The notes under the pieces are model-generated. The model worked only from the letters and a program-made list of their open reading frames with translations, did not search any database and was not told the origin of the DNA. From positions 1 to 25,928 of IMG/VR virus record IMGVR_UViG_3300012232_000045: 25,928 nt of DNA. One strand, written 5' to 3'. Source of the DNA: a virus. Its lineage: Duplodnaviria; Caudoviricetes. Below, one piece after another: positions 1 to 7,512 of this stretch (positions are counted from its first letter, which is position 1; every line of letters starts with the position of its first letter). The position numbers and the translations under genes are program-made.

Positions 1-26
1 CTCATAGCGGCGTCAAACGGCATTTT

Positions 27-404
27 TCAAGGGTTCCCCCCGGTTCCATCCGGTTCCATCCGGTGGGCAGGATTTTTGTCCTGTGGGCAGGAGTTCCACG
101 GATGATGCGGGTCAAGGGGTTGTCCATTCGCATCGCAGCCGGCGCCGTGGCGTTCGCCACGATCATGCTCGGTGTTGTGACATCGAGTGCATAAGGCTTC
201 GAGGTTGAACTGGTCATAGGCCAGGCCACGCTCATGCTCTAACGGGATGATGTGGTGTACGTGTGCACCTATGCCTGCACCATGCAGGTCAGCACCACAG
301 CGTGCGCACTGGTAGCCTGCATTGACCAGCACCTGCCTGCGTGTGGTAGCCCAACGGCTGGTCGAGTAGGTACGTTCACGCGCGCCCTTGCGGTGTGTAC
401 CCAT
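27..404 (-). CDS. HNH endonuclease, HK97 gp74-like terminase cofactor
   Basis: CARC...HVHHIIP...NLEALCTRCHNTEH HNH/zinc motifs and C-terminal GCDANGQPLDPHHPWN. Start placed at MGTHRK (404) inside the 27..560 ORF. Confidence 0.88.
   Translation of the reverse strand: MGTHRKGARERTYSTSRWATTRRQVLVNAGYQCARCGADLHGAGIGAHVHHIIPLEHERGLAYDQFNLEALCTRCHNTEHDRGERHGAGCDANGQPLDPHHPWNSCPQDKNPAHRMEPDGTGGNP
31..92. repeat. Short direct repeats at the HNH 3' end, probable cos-proximal/terminase-binding region
   Basis: GGTTCC at 32, 42 and 52 (10-bp period) and GTGGGCAGGA at 63 and 83. A G6 run on the minus strand lies in the last HNH codons, the usual position of cos in HK97-like phages. Confidence 0.5.
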
Positions 405-640
405 GCGAACCCTGTGTGTGTTGGGAAGCCCATAGCGCCAGACCGTTGGCAGAAGCGCCTTGCAGTAGGGGGGCTGGCAAGGGGTAGTGCGGCTGACGCT
501 ATGGTACGCACTACCATGGTTGCGTGGTGTTGTTGGTACCACGAATTCCAGGAAACGCAATTATATTTCAGAGTATGTACACCATGGATAGGGGTGCAGT
601 AGGCCAGGGATGGGCACTGGTTGCGTTTTAGGGTGCAGGC

Positions 641-1123
641 CTAGGACACCTTCACATCCTCGTCCTTCAGTACCTGTGCGATAAAGGCTGAACCTGTATC
701 CTTGCGCCTGTAGAAGCTCGATCTGGACCAGCGTTTGCGCACCATGAGTGAGCGTAGGGAATGGCCATAGGCGATGGCAGCGGCCCAACCTGCCAGACAC
801 ATTCGATCTTCGGGATAATTGCGCAGTATCACCCGCAGCCATTCGTGCGCTTCCTCCATGCGGGTTAGTTCTTTCGCGTAGACACCGCCGTATGTGTTTT
901 CCCATTTGGTCAGTATGCGTTCGCGCGCATCGTCCCAGCCGACCACGTCGCTGAATTCGTAGGAATGCACAGGCCAGGGTGCGACGAGTTTCTGGCGCAC
1001 ATGGCCCGGTAGGCGGCGCTCGATCCGGTATGCCTCGACTAGGCGAGTGCAGACCCAGTCTGCGTTCCATACCGGCGGCGGATCTTGCGGCACGTCCATG
1101 TCGATGGTGGCGATGCGGGTCAT
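641..1123 (-). CDS. Putative late-gene regulator (DUF6362-like)
   Basis: W..V..RL.EA....RRLP and RMEEAHEWL motifs with a C-terminal HTH-like segment. Last gene of the early operon, in the position of lambda Q. Confidence 0.5.
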   Translation of the reverse strand: MTRIATIDMDVPQDPPPVWNADWVCTRLVEAYRIERRLPGHVRQKLVAPWPVHSYEFSDVVGWDDARERILTKWENTYGGVYAKELTRMEEAHEWLRVILRNYPEDRMCLAGWAAAIAYGHSLRSLMVRKRWSRSSFYRRKDTGSAFIAQVLKDEDVKVS

Positions 1124-1578
1124 GAGTTATCCCCGCTTTTATCGGATGGCCTCTTAGCAATTGGCACGATCTTTGCGCTTAAGTAATCTTTCTTTCTAGT
1201 TGTAGGTTGCATTGCCACCCCATCGCGTAAGCGTTTGATTTCATTATAGGTGGCCCACCTAAAGTTCGCGGAAACTTCTGACAATGTTCGAAGTTTCTGC
1301 CAACTTTGCACCTCGTCATCGGCTCGCTCGTTCCGGATGCAGCCATTGTGGATGTAGATCTTGCCCGCATCCAACAGCCGCGCCTTGAGCCGCTGCCATC
1401 GTTGTGCGTTGCAATGTAGCTCATGGCAGATCTCGCGCGGGTTATCTTCCAGCGCGCCATCGTGGCAATAAATCAAGTCCAAGATCGTGTTGTAGCAACC
1501 GCGTTCCTCAAGCGTGAGGCCGCGCATCCCCGTCAGCGCCGCCCGCGGATCGCGCTTGTACCATTTGAGCGTGCCCAT
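1120..1578 (-). CDS. DUF1376/YdaU-family putative replication initiator
   Basis: WYKRDP...LTLEERGCY..ILDLIY...N.RADDE signature. ATGA overlap with the next gene. Confidence 0.8.
   Translation of the reverse strand: MGTLKWYKRDPRAALTGMRGLTLEERGCYNTILDLIYCHDGALEDNPREICHELHCNAQRWQRLKARLLDAGKIYIHNGCIRNERADDEVQSWQKLRTLSEVSANFRWATYNEIKRLRDGVAMQPTTRKKDYLSAKIVPIAKRPSDKSGDNS
1175..1308. other. Putative replication origin inside the DUF1376 gene
   Basis: Five AA-N2-TT(C/G)-type 7-mers at 1261, 1272, 1283, 1291 and 1302. Exact IHF consensus (AATCAAACGCTTA, minus strand, 1228-1240). AT-rich tract at about 1178-1202. Confidence 0.5.
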
Positions 1579-1585
1579 TCGTCAC

Positions 1586-1996
1586 CTATTGCGGATGCAC
1601 GCGCATCGACACGCAGCCCCACGCCTGCAACATCGACACCGCCTGATCGAAGCTCTGCGCCATGCCGTAGCCGGCGCCTGCCGCAATCAGCGCAACGGCC
1701 CGCTCTGCTTGATGCGGGCTTAATCGCCCACTGCGCCGCTTGAGTTCGAGGAAGCAGATCCGGCCCGGACCGATCAGCATCAGGTCAGGCCAGCCGGGTG
1801 TAGTGCCCATAGCCTTGAGACGCCCAGCCGTTGCCGGGTTACGCTTCTCGCCGAACGGCAGATGGGTGTAGGACCAGCCGGCGTTGCTATGGTCGCGTAA
1901 CACCCGGGCGATCGCACAGTGCAGCCGGAACTCGACGGCACCGTTGCCCATCTTGGGCCGGTTGCGCGGGAATATATGTTGTGCAGACAAGCCCAT
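1586..1996 (-). CDS. VRR-NUC domain nuclease (PD-(D/E)XK)
   Basis: GEKR...LKAMG..PGWPDL...FLELKRRSGRLSPHQ signature. Confidence 0.88.
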   Translation of the reverse strand: MGLSAQHIFPRNRPKMGNGAVEFRLHCAIARVLRDHSNAGWSYTHLPFGEKRNPATAGRLKAMGTTPGWPDLMLIGPGRICFLELKRRSGRLSPHQAERAVALIAAGAGYGMAQSFDQAVSMLQAWGCVSMRVHPQ

Positions 1997-1999
1997 CGG

Positions 2000-2551
2000 T
2001 CAGTCACCCTCCACAAACAGCGAAGGGAATTGCGTAACGTGTAGCTCGCCTGACCTCGTTAGATGGACGCGATGACCTCCTTCCCACCGTTGCACAAACA
2101 GGTTGCTGGTCGTCACACGCTCAGTCTTGATTTCAATGGTCTGTTTCTGCATCCACCGCACTTGGCAATCGGTGGCCTCGTATTGTGCTTTGCGCGTTTC
2201 CAACGCGACTACGAATGCTGCCGGAAATGCGACAACGCGGTGCTCGATCAGAACGAGGCCAATTTCTTGGCCAATCAATCCGGACTGTCGGTCGGTCAAC
2301 GCCGGCCAATCAGCGTGGTCAAGATAGCTCGGTGGGATTGTCTCTGACCGGACGAAATAGGCGTCTTGTGGGATCAGGTAGCCGCCGCCGGTCGCCGTGC
2401 CGTCTTTAGAACGTCCAATCGTTTCGACTAGTTTGCGCTGCTCGATATAGGCGCGGCAATGCACAACGCGGTACCAGAACACGCGGCGCAATAACGGAAA
2501 GACATGCAGCCAATAGTGCGCCTTGGTGGTGGTGATGCCGTGCTCAATCAT
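2000..2551 (-). CDS. Hypothetical protein, possible PD-(D/E)XK nuclease
   Basis: QYEATD-x10-IEIKTE...NLFVQ resembles a PD-(D/E)XK core. ATGA-coupled to the MTase. Confidence 0.5.
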   Translation of the reverse strand: MIEHGITTTKAHYWLHVFPLLRRVFWYRVVHCRAYIEQRKLVETIGRSKDGTATGGGYLIPQDAYFVRSETIPPSYLDHADWPALTDRQSGLIGQEIGLVLIEHRVVAFPAAFVVALETRKAQYEATDCQVRWMQKQTIEIKTERVTTSNLFVQRWEGGHRVHLTRSGELHVTQFPSLFVEGD

Positions 2552-3600
2552 GGCGCCGCTTCGCTGCGGCGTTCCATCAATACCGAATATTCACCATGAT
2601 GGGTCTCGGCCAAGCCAGCACACGGTGTCCAACCCTCAGCCTGGTAGGCTTCAACGTCGGCATGAGCCACATAGCGAAATTCGTGTGACCCCGGCGCCGG
2701 AATTACCTTTCCCATAACGTAACCAATGCGCCCAAACACTTCGGCGAACTTGTTTGGCTCGTGTCCGAGATAAACGAATATGTTTTGAAACGTCGGGTTT
2801 TCGTTTTCCTCACCATCGCCGGAAACAAAATGAATTCGATGGTTTACAAAGCAGACTGAATGTTCATAGAGCGGCGTTTGCCAGGATTGCGAATGCAGCG
2901 AATTGACAAGAATGATCCCGGCTTCAATGTTGCCGACCTTGAATTGCTCGATAGCTTTGACGCAAAAGGCGGCAGCAAGCGAATTGCCTTCCGGCGTTCT
3001 GCCGTAGGGCGGATTTACGAATATCCGCCCGAACCAATCGCGGTTGAGGCCGTCGTCATCCTTTGTAAAAATGGCATCTGCTTGAATGACGCTGTTTGCC
3101 TTGGCATTCGACGCCGGGTCCAGGTCAATCTCGCCCAGCACGTCGCGCACCGCCTCGATGTAGCGCGCCGGCGTGTACCATTCATTGGATTCGGAACTGT
3201 AATTGGCTGACTGCCACATCTCGGCGAGTTGCCAGCACCGCTTCAGGATCGCCGACTGCTTCTGTTCGTATTTGACAGGATCGAGAAGAGCAAGCCAACG
3301 GGAAACGCTGATGTAATGAAACCCAAACGACAAACACCACTGCTCACGTTTCAAGTTATCAGCACTGATAACTTGCTCTGACCTATCCCCGCCGTGCGGA
3401 AATAACGCCCGATATTGCGCCGCAAAATCACGCTGATCTTCTAACTTGCCGACAAGTGCCTTTTCGAGTGCGCTTGCGTCTTTCACCCGTTTGGCAATTT
3501 CCGCAGCCTTGTCCGATGCGTGGATATTAGCCGCAGCCTTGCTGGCCTTTGTTTCCTGCAGTGAGCGACTGCCGACTTGGCCCTTTAGTTGTTTGGCCAT
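2548..3600 (-). CDS. Phage DNA N6-adenine methyltransferase with N- and C-terminal extensions
   Basis: NEWYTP, IDLDPAS and FVNPPYG motifs of the phage Dam-like family. Confidence 0.9.
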   Translation of the reverse strand: MAKQLKGQVGSRSLQETKASKAAANIHASDKAAEIAKRVKDASALEKALVGKLEDQRDFAAQYRALFPHGGDRSEQVISADNLKREQWCLSFGFHYISVSRWLALLDPVKYEQKQSAILKRCWQLAEMWQSANYSSESNEWYTPARYIEAVRDVLGEIDLDPASNAKANSVIQADAIFTKDDDGLNRDWFGRIFVNPPYGRTPEGNSLAAAFCVKAIEQFKVGNIEAGIILVNSLHSQSWQTPLYEHSVCFVNHRIHFVSGDGEENENPTFQNIFVYLGHEPNKFAEVFGRIGYVMGKVIPAPGSHEFRYVAHADVEAYQAEGWTPCAGLAETHHGEYSVLMERRSEAAP

Positions 3601-3618
3601 GCCTCACCCCGCCCGCCG

Positions 3619-3846
3619 TCAGTCCATCGTTCCGAGCAATTTCGCTAGGTCCGGGCGCAGTTGACGCACCGGGATGCCGGTAATGGCGGCAATATCTGGC
3701 ACCAAGCTGGCATCGATCTTGCGGACACCGCTCTCCCACCGGGTTATCGAGGCCCGGCTGGCGCCTAACTGGGCGGCCAATTCAGCCTTTGATAACGGTG
3801 GTTTTTGCGCTTGGCGGTAGGCGGTAAGCGGGTGCATCTTTGGCAT
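3619..3846 (-). CDS. Cro-like HTH regulator
   Basis: LSKAELAAQLGASRASITRWESG HTH and LRPDL tail. Divergent from the cI-like gene. Confidence 0.85.
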   Translation of the reverse strand: MPKMHPLTAYRQAQKPPLSKAELAAQLGASRASITRWESGVRKIDASLVPDIAAITGIPVRQLRPDLAKLLGTMD

Positions 3847-3852
3847 CCCCTT

Positions 3853-3881
3853 GTGTTACCGAAACGGCAACGCTATGTCAA
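3853..3881 (-). promoter_or_regulatory. PR-like sigma70 promoter for cro
   Basis: TTGACA (3881-3876)-N17-TAACAC (3858-3853), overlapped by the operator at 3855-3871. Confidence 0.65.
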
Positions 3882-3947
3882 TGATAGGATGGCCGGATCG
3901 GTAACTGACAGAAATGTGGGGACAACCATAATTTCCGCTGTGGCAAC
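3855..3947. promoter_or_regulatory. OR-like operators (three 17-bp palindromes)
   Basis: GTTACCG-AAA-CGGCAAC (3855), ATGGCCG-GAT-CGGTAAC (3889) and ATTTCCG-CTG-TGGCAAC (3931). Confidence 0.7.
3905..3932 (+). promoter_or_regulatory. PRM-like promoter for the repressor
   Basis: CTGACA (3905-3910)-N16-CATAAT (3927-3932), with an in-frame GTG at 3940. Confidence 0.45.
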
Positions 3948-4269
3948 ACAACGGAAAACGTCCGCAACAACCGACCGGCGCCCACCACTCTATGTTGGTG
4001 AGCACATGGATCATTGCCCCTTTTCCGATGCCGAGATTGCCCAGCGGTTAGGCGTCGATCGCGTTACCATTCATCGTTACCGCAAAGAACAGCATCGGCT
4101 CAATCCCGACAAATTGGCTTTGCTCGCAAACGCGATTGGCATCGAACCGGCTCAATTTTGGTATCCGCCAACCCGGCCAAGTCTTGATGCAATGGTCAAG
4201 CACGCGAGCCCAGAGCAGCACGCGCTCGTTGTCGATCTGGTTTCGCGCATTTTACAGCGACCATCCTGA
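3940..4269 (+). CDS. CI-like XRE repressor without a peptidase domain
   Basis: SDAEIAQRLGVDRVTIHRY HTH, LANAIGIEP and RPSLDAM. Start uncertain: GTG 3940 chosen within ORF 3805..4269. Confidence 0.8.
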   Translation: MATQRKTSATTDRRPPLYVGEHMDHCPFSDAEIAQRLGVDRVTIHRYRKEQHRLNPDKLALLANAIGIEPAQFWYPPTRPSLDAMVKHASPEQHALVVDLVSRILQRPS

Positions 4270-4270
4270 C

Positions 4271-4323
4271 GTTGCCGATCCGGCAACACTGTCCTTGACC
4301 AATCGTTGCCAATCCGGTAACGT
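4271..4323 (+). promoter_or_regulatory. OL-like operators and PL-like promoter
   Basis: Perfect GTTGCCG-ATC-CGGCAAC (4271-4287) and GTTGCCA-ATC-CGGTAAC (4305-4321). Promoter TTGACC (4295)-N17-TAACGT (4318). Confidence 0.75.
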
Positions 4324-4358
4324 CCCTCCACGCTCGATCCTGAGCATGGAGTCCTGCC

Positions 4359-4568
4359 GTGCCCGCGACCAACGTCGTCCCACTGACCACCCACCGCGAT
4401 CAGCGCCTGATCGACGAGATGGCGCTGGCGCTGCTCGATGTCGGCGAGACCGGCTCCGACGCGCGCTGCATCCTGGCCCTGATATATGCGGGCTTCCGCG
4501 GCCGCGACATCGGCCAGCACCTCGATGCAGCCCGCGATCTCGCCCGCAATGCCGTGGCGGCGCCATGA
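4359..4568 (+). CDS. Hypothetical early protein
   Basis: First ORF after PL, with GGAG upstream and an ATGA overlap with the next gene. Confidence 0.65.
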   Translation: MPATNVVPLTTHRDQRLIDEMALALLDVGETGSDARCILALIYAGFRGRDIGQHLDAARDLARNAVAAP

Positions 4569-4780
4569 CCAAACCGAGCCGCAACAAGCCGGAGATCATG
4601 GCAGCGGTTCTGTCCGAGACCGTAATCGAACTGTCCGATCCGGAGGCCTGCCGCCGCTCGCTTGCGTTCGCCGGCTTCAACCATAACGCAATCGAGAAGC
4701 ACCTGACATACGCACGGATCAAAGCGCGGCACATGCGCATCGCCGAGATCGAGCAACGGGTTCGCAAAGAACAGATATGA
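4565..4780 (+). CDS. Hypothetical early protein
   Basis: MTKPSRNK... is the coupled C-terminal part of ORF 4136..4780. Confidence 0.65.
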   Translation: MTKPSRNKPEIMAAVLSETVIELSDPEACRRSLAFAGFNHNAIEKHLTYARIKARHMRIAEIEQRVRKEQI

Positions 4781-4793
4781 AAGGGCTTTAACA

Positions 4794-5522
4794 ATGACCA
4801 CGCTAGCCAAACGAGCCGAGCAGCCAACGCCGGCGACGGTCGAGGATGTGCTGATACGCGGCGACCTCAGTCAACTAACCGAGGCGCAGCGCAACGAATA
4901 CTACATGCGGGTATGTCAGAGCCTCGGACTCAATTACCTCACCCAGCCGTTTGCCTATTTGAATTTGTCCGGCAAGCTCGTGCTCTACGCCAAGCGTGAC
5001 TGTGCCGACCAGCTTCGCAAGATCAACGGCATATCGATCGAGGTAGTCGGGCAAACCATCGACAGTGGACTGATCACCGTCCACGCCAAGGCCAGGGATA
5101 AATCTGGGAGAACCGACGAAGATTATGGCGTCGTACCGTATAAAAACACTGGTAACGAATTCGCTGCCAACGCGCTGATGAAAGCCGTCACCAAGGCGAA
5201 ACGCCGCGTCACCCTGTCGATCAGCGGGCTTGGCTTCCTCGACGAGACCGAGATCCCCGAACCCGTGCAACACCGGGCGCCGGCGCCTGCCGAGATCACG
5301 CGCATCAATGAAGCGCAGCGCGCCAGGCTGTTGCAGATCGCCGAGGAACTCGACGCCGACCTCCCGCAGTATCTCGAATACCTGTCGGTACGCTGGGAGT
5401 GGGATGTCGCCAAACTAGCCGACATCCCGGCGGACCACTTCGACGATGCGCTGGCCACGCTCGAACGCAAGCGCACCAAGCACGATCCCATCACCGGCGA
5501 GGTCAGCGATGCAACTCCCTGA
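4794..5522 (+). CDS. Putative single-strand annealing protein (Redbeta/RecT-like)
   Basis: VCQSLGLN...PF...LVLY and MKAVTKAKRRVTLSISGLGFLDETEI resemble SSAP cores. Located next to Gp157. Confidence 0.6.
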   Translation: MTTLAKRAEQPTPATVEDVLIRGDLSQLTEAQRNEYYMRVCQSLGLNYLTQPFAYLNLSGKLVLYAKRDCADQLRKINGISIEVVGQTIDSGLITVHAKARDKSGRTDEDYGVVPYKNTGNEFAANALMKAVTKAKRRVTLSISGLGFLDETEIPEPVQHRAPAPAEITRINEAQRARLLQIAEELDADLPQYLEYLSVRWEWDVAKLADIPADHFDDALATLERKRTKHDPITGEVSDATP

Positions 5523-6024
5523 CAAACTGATCATCGATGCCGAGGTGCGGCGCTGCAATGAGATCCGCGAGGCGGTGCTCGCCGAATTTGGCGACGACCT
5601 TGACGAGCAGACCCTGGCCGACACCGTCGAGGGGATGACCAATCTGCACGAACTGTTGGCAGCAATCATTCGCGGCGCGCTCGATGCGGAAGCAATGGGC
5701 AATGCAATCGAGGCCCGCATTAAAGATATGAACACCCGGCTTGGACGCCTTGAAGGCCGCGCGGAGCGCCTGCGCCAGATCGTGAAGAACGCAATGGCCG
5801 ATGCTCACATTCAGAAACTTACGCCGCCAGATTTCACGGCATCGCTGCGCGCCGGACAGCCGCACGTCACCATCACCGACGAGCAAGCCATTCCGGAAAG
5901 TTTCCTGAGCTACCGCCCGCACATAAACAAACGCGGAATACTCGACGCGTTGAAGGATGGCGCGGAGGTTGCCGGCGCGATGCTGTCCAATCCGGGGATG
6001 GTGTTGAGCGTGAGAACGAAGTGA
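5509..6024 (+). CDS. Siphovirus Gp157-family protein
   Basis: LADTVEG, coiled coil, V.ITDEQAIP..F and LKDGAEVAGA.L motifs. Confidence 0.85.
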   Translation: MQLPDKLIIDAEVRRCNEIREAVLAEFGDDLDEQTLADTVEGMTNLHELLAAIIRGALDAEAMGNAIEARIKDMNTRLGRLEGRAERLRQIVKNAMADAHIQKLTPPDFTASLRAGQPHVTITDEQAIPESFLSYRPHINKRGILDALKDGAEVAGAMLSNPGMVLSVRTK

Positions 6025-6047
6025 GTTTAACCAGAGGAAAGACTACC

Positions 6048-6833
6048 ATGAGAAATCTACTTCTTGCCACTGCTGCACTGGTCGCGCTCGCGCTGCCAGC
6101 GCAGGCGCAAACTGTCCGCACTCTCGGCGGGCAAAACTGGACCACTGACGGTGCCGTCATCTTAGGCCTTGGCGGCGTGCCGTCCGGCAACCAACCGCAG
6201 AACAACCCTTGCGTCATCTGCGGCGCCAACCAACCGAACCAGACCAATACGGCGCTGAACTTCGGCTACACCGACTATGGCAACCAGGGCAACCAGACCT
6301 CCGAGACTTACTTCTCGTCCGGTATTTTCCGGGACACCAACCTTGCTACAGACACCATCTCGGTGACCAACTACTCCGGTCAGCAGCTGATCGACGTGGT
6401 GGCGGCAGTCCATGTCCTGCAAGGTGTTCCCGGCACCACAGGTTTTGGCATTGGCGTGGACATGAACCAGGCCAACGGCCAGGGCGCGCAAGTGCTGGAG
6501 AGCTTCTTCATGCTCGACCTGACGGCGCACTCGGTGCTGTTTGCCTACTCGCCAAGCATCCTCGACAGCACACCGCTGCCGTCCGTCAACAACGGGACCG
6601 GGTTCCCGGACTACACGCTGACCGGCCTGGACACCAGCGGGCTGATCGCCAACCACCAGTATGCGTTCTTTGGTCGCCTGACTAACACCAACGACGGCCC
6701 CGACTCGTTCTTCATCGTACCGGGTACGACGGCTGCCGTTCCCGGCCCGATCGCCGGCGCCGGCCTGCCAGGCCTGATCGCGGCTTGTGGTGGCTTAATC
6801 GCGTTCGCTCGGCGGCGGCGCAAGCAGGCTTAA
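6048..6833 (+). CDS. Secreted protein with a PEP-CTERM/VPLPA-CTERM-like sorting signal
   Basis: AGAGGA RBS, signal peptide MRNLLLATAALVALALPAQA, and C-terminal VPGPIAGAGLPGLIAACGGLIAFARRRRK (motif, TM helix, Arg cluster). Confidence 0.85.
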   Translation: MRNLLLATAALVALALPAQAQTVRTLGGQNWTTDGAVILGLGGVPSGNQPQNNPCVICGANQPNQTNTALNFGYTDYGNQGNQTSETYFSSGIFRDTNLATDTISVTNYSGQQLIDVVAAVHVLQGVPGTTGFGIGVDMNQANGQGAQVLESFFMLDLTAHSVLFAYSPSILDSTPLPSVNNGTGFPDYTLTGLDTSGLIANHQYAFFGRLTNTNDGPDSFFIVPGTTAAVPGPIAGAGLPGLIAACGGLIAFARRRRKQA

Positions 6834-6887
6834 CGCACTCAACGGCGCGTCGTTAGGGTCGATACCCTTTCCATGCGCGCCGCGAGC

Positions 6888-6930
6888 CTGGAGGTGGCGT
6901 TGGTTTCGCCCTTCGCCACCCCCAGTGTTT
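6888..6930 (+). terminator. Possible intrinsic terminator/hairpin
   Basis: CTGGAGGTGGCG...CGCCACCCCCAG stem with one mismatch, followed by TGTTT. Confidence 0.45.
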
Positions 6931-6949
6931 CAACCCAAGGGAGCGGCCA

Positions 6950-7291
6950 ATGAACGAACCCGGCAAGACGAACGGCCAAGAGCATCTGCCCGACGACTAC
7001 GAAGCCGTCGTTAGATCGGCGGTCAAGCAAAACCACGATGTCATCACCGAGCGCGACGAACTCAAGAAACAAGTCTGGCAACTCAAGTCAGACATTGCCG
7101 CGCACAAGGTCGCGGCCGAGGCATCCGCCGCGATCGTCAACGACAACGAAAGCAAAATGTTGTCGGCGTTCCTGATGCGCGATCAAAAGATCGCCGAGGC
7201 CGAGAAATATAAGACCATCTGCACGCTGATCCTGTCGGTGCTGCGCGCGCATGACGTCGAGAGCGTGCCGGTGATCACGGAGACAACATGA
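6950..7291 (+). CDS. Hypothetical coiled-coil protein
   Basis: AGGGAG RBS and heptad-like sequence. Confidence 0.7.
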   Translation: MNEPGKTNGQEHLPDDYEAVVRSAVKQNHDVITERDELKKQVWQLKSDIAAHKVAAEASAAIVNDNESKMLSAFLMRDQKIAEAEKYKTICTLILSVLRAHDVESVPVITETT

Positions 7292-7509
7292 CCGCCGACA
7301 TCGTTGAACGGCTGCGCGATAGCGCTGATAGGCGTGGGGATTGGAGAGATGGCCCTACGCCTGTGCTTGAACATGAGGCCGCCGACGAGATCGAGCGGCT
7401 GCGGGGGGCGCTGCAGGCCTATGGCGACCACACTTACGAGTGTGAATTTAAAGAACACCTTGGACGCTGTACTTGTGGCTACAGCAATGCACTCAGCCTT
7501 AACGAGTAA
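7288..7509 (+). CDS. Small phage protein (DIVERLR/EAADEIERLR type)
   Basis: Common phage early-gene motifs and a C-terminal H..EC......CTCG. Confidence 0.7.
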   Translation: MTADIVERLRDSADRRGDWRDGPTPVLEHEAADEIERLRGALQAYGDHTYECEFKEHLGRCTCGYSNALSLNE

Positions 7510-7512
7510 TTC

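Noticed and set aside
33-56. GTTC repeats as a LexA box
   Set aside because: Spacing is N6 rather than the required N7.
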